Source: Cylindrospermopsis raciborskii Cr2010 (lineage in GTDB: Bacteria > Cyanobacteriota > Cyanobacteriia > Cyanobacteriales > Nostocaceae). From it: a stretch of DNA of 32,000 nt. The stretch covers positions 1,680,001 through 1,712,000 of the forward strand of contig NZ_CP065936.1 of NCBI RefSeq assembly GCF_003367075.2, given 5' to 3'. The position numbers and the translations under genes were made by a program. The notes beneath the pieces were generated by a model, which was not told the DNA's origin, did no database searches, and was given only the letters and a program-made list of their open reading frames with translations. Below are positions 16,775 through 23,160 of this stretch, one piece after another; positions within the stretch are counted from its first letter, which is position 1, and the number at the start of each line of letters is the position of its first letter.

Positions 16775-19165
16775 GTCTTGACCTTCATAAGAAGGAATAG
16801 GTATTGCGACGTAAGCGTTTCCGTTACTCAGGATAACTGTCTTTGGTCTTGACCTTCATAAGAAGGAATAGGTATTGCGACCAGTTAAGGCATTGCTGAC
16901 GCGCGTGAAAAAACTTAAGTCTTGACCTTCATAAGAAGGAATAGGTATTGCGACGGGGAGCTGCTAGAGGGGAACCGCTAGAGGGGAAGTCTTGACCTTC
17001 ATAAGAAGGAATAGGTATTGCGACTGGTAGTGCTATACGGTTTATTCATCACAAATTAGAAGGTCTTGACCTTCATAAGAAGGAATAGGTATTGCGACCT
17101 ACTTCAGGTAGAGGTACTTCAGGTAGAGGGGTGGAAGGGGGTCTTGACCTTCATAAGAAGGAATAGGTATTGCGACAGCCGTGACAAGCTGAAACCTAGT
17201 CGGATAACCGCTTAGCCGGTCTTGACCTTCATAAGAAGGAATAGGTATTGCGACCAATTAAAACAAGACATACATCCTCCTAAGAATGTATAGTCTTGAC
17301 CTTCATAAGAAGGAATAGGTATTGCGACATTATAAAAACGAGTAATGTACTGTACTGTTTTTATGTCTTGACCTTCATAAGAAGGAATAGGTATTGCGAC
17401 TCTTCCCATTTATAGGGAATATCTACAGGTAGTAAAGTCTTGACCTTCATAAGAAGGAATAGGTATTGCGACGACAATAGAAAACTATCTCCATACTAAA
17501 AACCTTAAGTCTTGACCTTCATAAGAAGGAATAGGTATTGCGACTTCCTCCTCATGAACAGGAGTTTCCTCCTCATGAACAGGAGGTCTTGACCTTCATA
17601 AGAAGGAATAGGTATTGCGACTTAAGGAAAAGTCTATCTACCACTGGACAAAAACTAGACAGTCTTGACCTTCATAAGAAGGAATAGGTATTGCGACTTA
17701 AAGATCCTGAGTGGCAGTGAAAATTCTAGTAAGGTCTTGACCTTCATAAGAAGGAATAGGTATTGCGACTCTAAAAGAATTAGTAACAGATAAGTACACT
17801 CGTGATCTGTCTTGACCTTCATAAGAAGGAATAGGTATTGCGACGGTAAGGCAAGGGGGCAAGGGGTAGGTTAGGAGTAGAGGTCTTGACCTTCATAAGA
17901 AGGAATAGGTATTGCGACGCAAGAAGGATTCAACTCATAAACCACTTCATTAGGCTCGTCTTGACCTTCATAAGAAGGAATAGGTATTGCGACTGACCCC
18001 TCCCTTGACCCTTGCTACCTTGACCTTACGTCTTGACCTTCATAAGAAGGAATAGGTATTGCGACCTCTATACCCACCTTCAATGGTGGTAAAAATCAAA
18101 ATGTCTTGACCTTCATAAGAAGGAATAGGTATTGCGACAACCTAACGATAACTTCATTCAATACTTCATCTCTTTCGTCTTGACCTTCATAAGAAGGAAT
18201 AGGTATTGCGACACAAAAAATATACCCGGCCCAAGTCTCCATTGCCTTTACGTCTTGACCTTCATAAGAAGGAATAGGTATTGCGACTCCTATGTCGCTA
18301 TAATTCCACTGTAACCATTTTTGTCTTGACCTTCATAAGAAGGAATAGGTATTGCGACAGAAGTAAAGAAAAAACCCCATAAAGGGGCTTTAAAAAGTCT
18401 TGACCTTCATAAGAAGGAATAGGTATTGCGACCACTTCCTCAACTTCGTTTATGTAGCATTTAACTACGAGGTCTTGACCTTCATAAGAAGGAATAGGTA
18501 TTGCGACTCTACGTCAAACAGAACACTTAATTCAGCGTCTATTTGTCTTGACCTTCATAAGAAGGAATAGGTATTGCGACGAGAAGCTGGTAGCGGTAAA
18601 ACCTACACAGTACAAAGTCTTGACCTTCATAAGAAGGAATAGGTATTGCGACCCGTGTAGAAGCACCCGTAGTCAACTCCTTAAACTCAGTCTTGACCTT
18701 CATAAGAAGGAATAGGTATTGCGACAGAATACTGGTCTGTCGAAGAACCTTTCGGGCTCCGTCTTGACCTTCATAAGAAGGAATAGGTATTGCGACTTAT
18801 AATATAGGGATATAGCCCTGCACAAGTGGTCTTGTCTTGACCTTCATAAGAAGGAATAGGTATTGCGACAGCTGCGTGAGGGTTTACCTCGCAGCTATAC
18901 TTTCCCGAGGAAGTCTTGACCTTCATAAGAAGGAATAGGTATTGCGACGGTTTGGGTTTGGTTGCCAATCACGGCAGCCTAACTCTGTCTTGACCTTCAT
19001 AAGAAGGAATAGGTATTGCGACTGGAAAAAATTTAGGGTTTAGGGGAGAAAGCTAGAAGTCTTGACCTTCATAAGAAGGAATAGGTATTGCGACTACTGG
19101 GTACTATAGTTCTGCAGTTTGAGCACACCGTCTTGACCTTCATAAGAAGGAATAGGTATTGCGAC
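16775..19165 (+). CRISPR. CRISPR array, 33 x 36-nt repeats and 32 spacers (34-43 nt)
   Basis: The repeat is GTCTTGACCTTCATAAGAAGGAATAGGTATTGCGAC, and all 33 copies are identical by eye. It has a small internal hairpin CCTTC-ATAA-GAAGG. The 3' end ATTGCGAC equals a known type III crRNA 5' handle, and together with the upstream AT-rich leader this sets the transcription direction as plus. Confidence 0.97.
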
Positions 19166-19166
19166 A

Positions 19167-20057
19167 ACTGAGGGATACAGAATTGAAAGTGAGTTTGAAA
19201 CCCAAAATCCCAACATTGACTTAGTATTAAAACCTCTCAACCCAGAAGAAGAAGGATTTTATGACATAGACACTTTAAAACAATGGTTAACCAACCCTAG
19301 CAAACAAGATGGTTATGATCTCGTTGAAGTAGATACATTATTATTAGGTGATTTAGTCAAAGCAAATGTAGTCAAAACATGGAATAAACCTGAAAATATC
19401 AAAGATTGGTATCCTGCAGGTTTACAAGGAGTCACAGTCAATGGTGATATATATGGTGTTCCCCATTTATTATGTGGACATTTTATTATTTCTCGGAATG
19501 ACAAAGTAGCTAAAACCAAATCCGTAGAAAAATTGTTGAATATCTTAACAGCAATAACTCCGGATACACCTAATTTAGCAGGAGATTTAACAGGTAGTTG
19601 GAACTTACCAGCTCTGTATTTAGATGGGTGGGCGGATACCTATGGAACAAAACAAATTAATGCTGCTTTATCCACCACTTTAAATCCAAAGGTGATCACA
19701 TCTTTCAGAAAATTTGCTCAAAATTGTCAAGTGGGAGATGTTAACCCCTGCTTTGATAAATATAGCGATTTAGATAGTGGTGCAGCAGCATTTGTTAATA
19801 ATGAAGTTGATGCTTTTTTTGGTTATTCAGAAAGACTCAATTATATTCTGAAAAATAGCAGCAATTCTGATGTACAATTAAGTTCTCTACCCTTATCTGA
19901 AGGCAGTAATCCTTTATTATTTGCTGATGCTTTGGTGTTGCGAAAAGACTGTGATCAGACTTGTGAAAATGCTGATGCTTATCCTAATTCTGGGTTTGCT
20001 GAAATTCGTAAAACTTTGAAAAAGGCAATTCTTCAAGAGTTGCAATCATCGTCATAA
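19167..20057 (+). pseudogene. 5'-truncated thiaminase I (thiamine pyridinylase)-like periplasmic-binding-fold gene
   Basis: The frame is open from inside the last CRISPR repeat to TAA at 20055-20057 (297 codons including the stop). There is no start codon or signal peptide. YGVPHLLCGHFIISRND aligns with the thiaminase I catalytic-Cys region (YGLPQILCTNLLFYRKGD), and AFFGYSERL with AFIGYSES. The ORF track shows only the tail (19533..20057, TTG start). Confidence 0.6.
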
Positions 20058-20076
20058 TATAGCAGGAGTAAGTGGG

Positions 20077-20589
20077 TCAGTATACTTGGGACCAAGTTGT
20101 CAATAAAAATACTATGACTGCGCTGATGGCTAGGACACCTTGAATCAAGTTTCCCACGAGCGTTCCCACAGTGATTCCAATACCAGCTTTCACCGCAGGC
20201 CATAATCTTCTTTGGTAAAGAAACTCACCCACAATTGCTCCTAATAGAGGTCCAAATAGAATACCTAGTAATGGTCCACCAAAAGGTAAAGCAGGTAATA
20301 ATCCGAAAAATCCCATTAATAAACCCACAAATGCGCCAATTTGTCCCCACTTACTAGCACCCGCTTGTTTCGCACCAATATAACCAGCAAGGAAATCAAC
20401 TCCTGTACTTAGAAGTAAAACAATGATTGTCACAATCAGAGGAATTTTAATAGCAGCAAAGGAGTTACTCACAATTCCCCAGATGATAATAGATATTAAA
20501 ATCAAACTACTTCCAGGGATAGCTGGAACTACAGCACCAATAATTCCCAGGAACATTACAGCAACTAAGAGTAGATAGATAACTTGCAT
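20077..20589 (-). CDS. DUF456-family integral membrane protein
   Basis: 170 aa and almost entirely hydrophobic, with Gly-rich helices (GYIGAKQAGASKWGQIGAFVG, GPLLGILFGPLLGAIVGEF) characteristic of DUF456. Confidence 0.78.
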   Translation of the reverse strand: MQVIYLLLVAVMFLGIIGAVVPAIPGSSLILISIIIWGIVSNSFAAIKIPLIVTIIVLLLSTGVDFLAGYIGAKQAGASKWGQIGAFVGLLMGFFGLLPALPFGGPLLGILFGPLLGAIVGEFLYQRRLWPAVKAGIGITVGTLVGNLIQGVLAISAVIVFLLTTWSQVY

Positions 20590-20590
20590 A

Positions 20591-21860
20591 ATTATTGCTA
20601 GTGGGGACTGCGCCCAGTTTCATTAAAAAAGGATGGTAACATAAGTGTAACCCATGGGGGTGTTGGGTTTCATGCTTCAACCCAACCTACTTTTATCTTA
20701 TATTTGATTCCACTGACCTACTTATTGCTAGTGGGGACTGCGCCCAGTTTCATTAAAAAATGATGATAACATAAGTGTAATCCATGGGGGTGTTGGGTTT
20801 CATGCTTCAACCCAACCTACTTTTATCTTATATTTGATTCCACTGACCTACTTATTGCTAGTGGGGACTGCGCCCAGTTTCATTAAAAAATGATGATAAC
20901 ATAAGTGTAATCCATGGGGGTGTTGGGTTTCATGCTTCAACCCAACCTACTTTTATCTTATATTTGATTCCACTGACCTACTTATTGCTAGTGGGGACTG
21001 CGCCCAGTTTCATTAAAAAATGATGATAACATAAGTGTAATCCATGGGGGTGTTGGGTTTCATGCTTCAACCCAACCTACTTTTATCTTATATTTGATTC
21101 CACTGACCTACTTATTGCTAGTGGGGACTGCGCCCAGTTTCATTAAAAAATGATGATAACATAAGTGTAATCCATGGGGGTGTTGGGTTTCATGCTTCAA
21201 CCCAACCTACTTTTATCTTATATTTGATTCCACTGACCTACTTATTGCTAGTGGGGACTGCGCCCAGTTTCATTAAAAAATGATGATAACATAAGTGTAA
21301 TCCATGGGGGTGTTGGGTTTCATGCTTCAACCCAACCTACTTTTATCTTATATTTGATTCCACTGACCTACTTATTGCTAGTGGGGACTGCGCCCAGTTT
21401 CATTAAAAAATGATGATAACATAAGTGTAATCCATGGGGGTGTTGGGTTTCATGCTTCAACCCAACCTACTTTTATCTTATATTTGATTCCACTGACCTA
21501 CTTATTGCTAGTGGGGACTGCGCCCAGTTTCATTAAAAAATGATGATAACATAAGTGTAATCCATGGGGGTGTTGGGTTTCATGCTTCAACCCAACCTAC
21601 TTTTATCTTATATTTGATTCCACTGACCTACTTATTGCTAGTGGGGACTGCGCCCAGTTTCATTAAAAAATGATGATAACATAAGTGTAATCCATGGGGA
21701 TGTTGGGTTTCATGCTTCAACCCAACCTACTTTTATCTTATATTTGATTCCACTGACCTACTTATTGCTAGTGGGGACTGCGCCCAGTTTCATTAAAAAA
21801 TGATGATAACATAAGTGTAATCCATGGAGGTGTTGGGTTTCATGCTTCAACTCAACCTAC
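20591..21860 (+). repeat. tandem array, 130-bp unit x ~9.8 copies, near-identical
   Basis: Units start at 20591, 20721, 20851, 20981, 21111, 21241, 21371, 21501, 21631 and 21761. Each unit is ttattgctagtggggactgcgcccagtttcattaaaaaatgatgataacataagtgtaat plus the MITE 3' half (ccatgggggtgttgggtttcatgcttcaacccaacctacttttatcttatatttgattccactgacctac). Only the first unit and the last two carry substitutions. Confidence 0.97.
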
Positions 21861-21943
21861 CTTCTACCCTTTTTAAAAACCAACACAAAACCAAAAACAA
21901 GTGCTAAAATTGGGTTAATTTATATTTTATAGGAGTAATTTTC

Positions 21944-22510
21944 ATGGTAGCTACTACTGCTAAAAAGATGACTTTTGAAGAATTTCTTAATTATGATGAT
22001 GGGACAGATTATTTATATGAATTGGAAAATGGGGAAATAATTCTTATGCCTTTTGAAAGTGAAATCAATCGGCGCATAGCGGTGTTTTTATTAATCTATT
22101 TTTCTCAATTAGGTATTCCCTATTACCGCTTGAGTATGAAAACGGAAATAGCGGTAAATAGTCGCATGGTGGGGGTGCGTGTTCCTGATTTGGTGGTATT
22201 TTCTGAAGAGTTGGCACAGGTGATGCAAAATGCTACACGCTCTCTAATTTTAATGGATATGCCACCCCCTTTATTGGTAGTTGAAGTGGTAAGTCCTAAT
22301 CAAGAAAAGCGAGATTATCGTTACAAGCGTTCTGAGTATGCAGCGCGAGGTATTAATGAATATTGGATTGTTGATCCAATGGGGCAAAAAGTGACTGTTT
22401 TGGAGTGGGTGGAAGGTTTGTATGAGGAGCGGGTTTTTATGGATGATGAAGTGATTTGTTCCCCCTTATTTGCCGAGGTCAAGTTAACTGTAAATGAGAT
22501 TTTAAGATGA
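21944..22510 (+). CDS. Uma2-family (DUF820) PD-(D/E)XK endonuclease-like protein
   Basis: 188 aa. MTFEEFLNYDDGTDYLYELENGEIILMP is followed by VPDLVVF and LVVEVVSPNQEKRDYRYKRSEYAARGINEYWIVDP, the D...E-V-x-S/K core typical of Uma2 proteins. Confidence 0.85.
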   Translation: MVATTAKKMTFEEFLNYDDGTDYLYELENGEIILMPFESEINRRIAVFLLIYFSQLGIPYYRLSMKTEIAVNSRMVGVRVPDLVVFSEELAQVMQNATRSLILMDMPPPLLVVEVVSPNQEKRDYRYKRSEYAARGINEYWIVDPMGQKVTVLEWVEGLYEERVFMDDEVICSPLFAEVKLTVNEILR

Positions 22511-22538
22511 GCCAGGATAACTTGATTTAAGATGATAA

Positions 22539-22567
22539 TGTTGGGTTGAGAAAACCCAACCTACGTT
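22539..22567 (+). repeat. short hairpin fragment related to the MITE core
   Basis: tgttgggttgagaaaacccaacctacgtt shares the GTTGGGTT...AACCCAACCTACGTT core. It lies between convergent genes, so it could act as a terminator. Confidence 0.4.
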
Positions 22568-22634
22568 AGACTTGACGTATAAGGTGAAATAATTGCAGAT
22601 GATTATAAATATAATCCCAGCACTATTCCCAAAG

Positions 22635-23135
22635 TTATTGACGTTCAATTTCTATAAACTTAAACTTAAAACCATTTTCTTCTAATTTTTCTTCTTTGGT
22701 TAATTTGCCAAAATTGCTAAATTCAGGAAAATGTATATCACCTTCAAAATTCCCTTCCACAATGGTCAAATATAGCTTGTTCGCAAATTCCATAGCCTGG
22801 GTATAAATTTGTTCTCCACCAGCAATAAATATCTCTTCTGTTTCACTCATTTTGGTCCATTTAATTGCTTCCCCCAAAGAATGAAAAACTACACATCCTG
22901 GCGCTTGATAGTCAGTGTTTTTAGTTACAATAATATTAGTACGATTTGGTAATGGATGATTGAAGGTGGCATAGGTTTTACGACCCATAATTACAGGATG
23001 TCGCCAGGTAGTTTCTTTAAAATAACGTCCATCACTAGGAATATCCCAGGGAATACCCCCGCGAATGTGTTCGTTTTTGGAATCAGCTAAAATACGATCT
23101 TGGGAAATGGCAGCTATGAGACTAATAAGAGTCAT
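22635..23135 (-). CDS. folA: dihydrofolate reductase
   Basis: 166 aa, colinear with E. coli FolA: ISLIAA..., IPWDIPSD..YFKETT, PVIMGRKTY, LPNRTNIIVT, IFIAGGEQIY, KLYLT and GDIHFPEF. Confidence 0.9.
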   Translation of the reverse strand: MTLISLIAAISQDRILADSKNEHIRGGIPWDIPSDGRYFKETTWRHPVIMGRKTYATFNHPLPNRTNIIVTKNTDYQAPGCVVFHSLGEAIKWTKMSETEEIFIAGGEQIYTQAMEFANKLYLTIVEGNFEGDIHFPEFSNFGKLTKEEKLEENGFKFKFIEIERQ

Positions 23136-23160
23136 AACGGATGATATTCCTTGCTAAAGG

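Noticed and set aside
16552-16800. 82-aa plus-strand ORF upstream of and into the array
   Set aside because: It spans the AT-rich leader and the first CRISPR repeat. See the previous entry.
17212-18968. ORFs 17212..17409, 18132..18314 and 18771..18968
   Set aside because: They lie entirely within the CRISPR array, and their repeated peptide motifs come from the 36-nt repeat.
19313-19519. 68-aa minus-strand ORF
   Set aside because: It lies antisense to the open thiaminase-like frame, which has clear family motifs.
20591-21860. Possibility that the 130-bp periodic array is a second CRISPR array
   Set aside because: The units are contiguous and identical with no unique spacers, and the period is far larger than repeat plus spacer. 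It is a tandem duplication of a MITE-containing segment.
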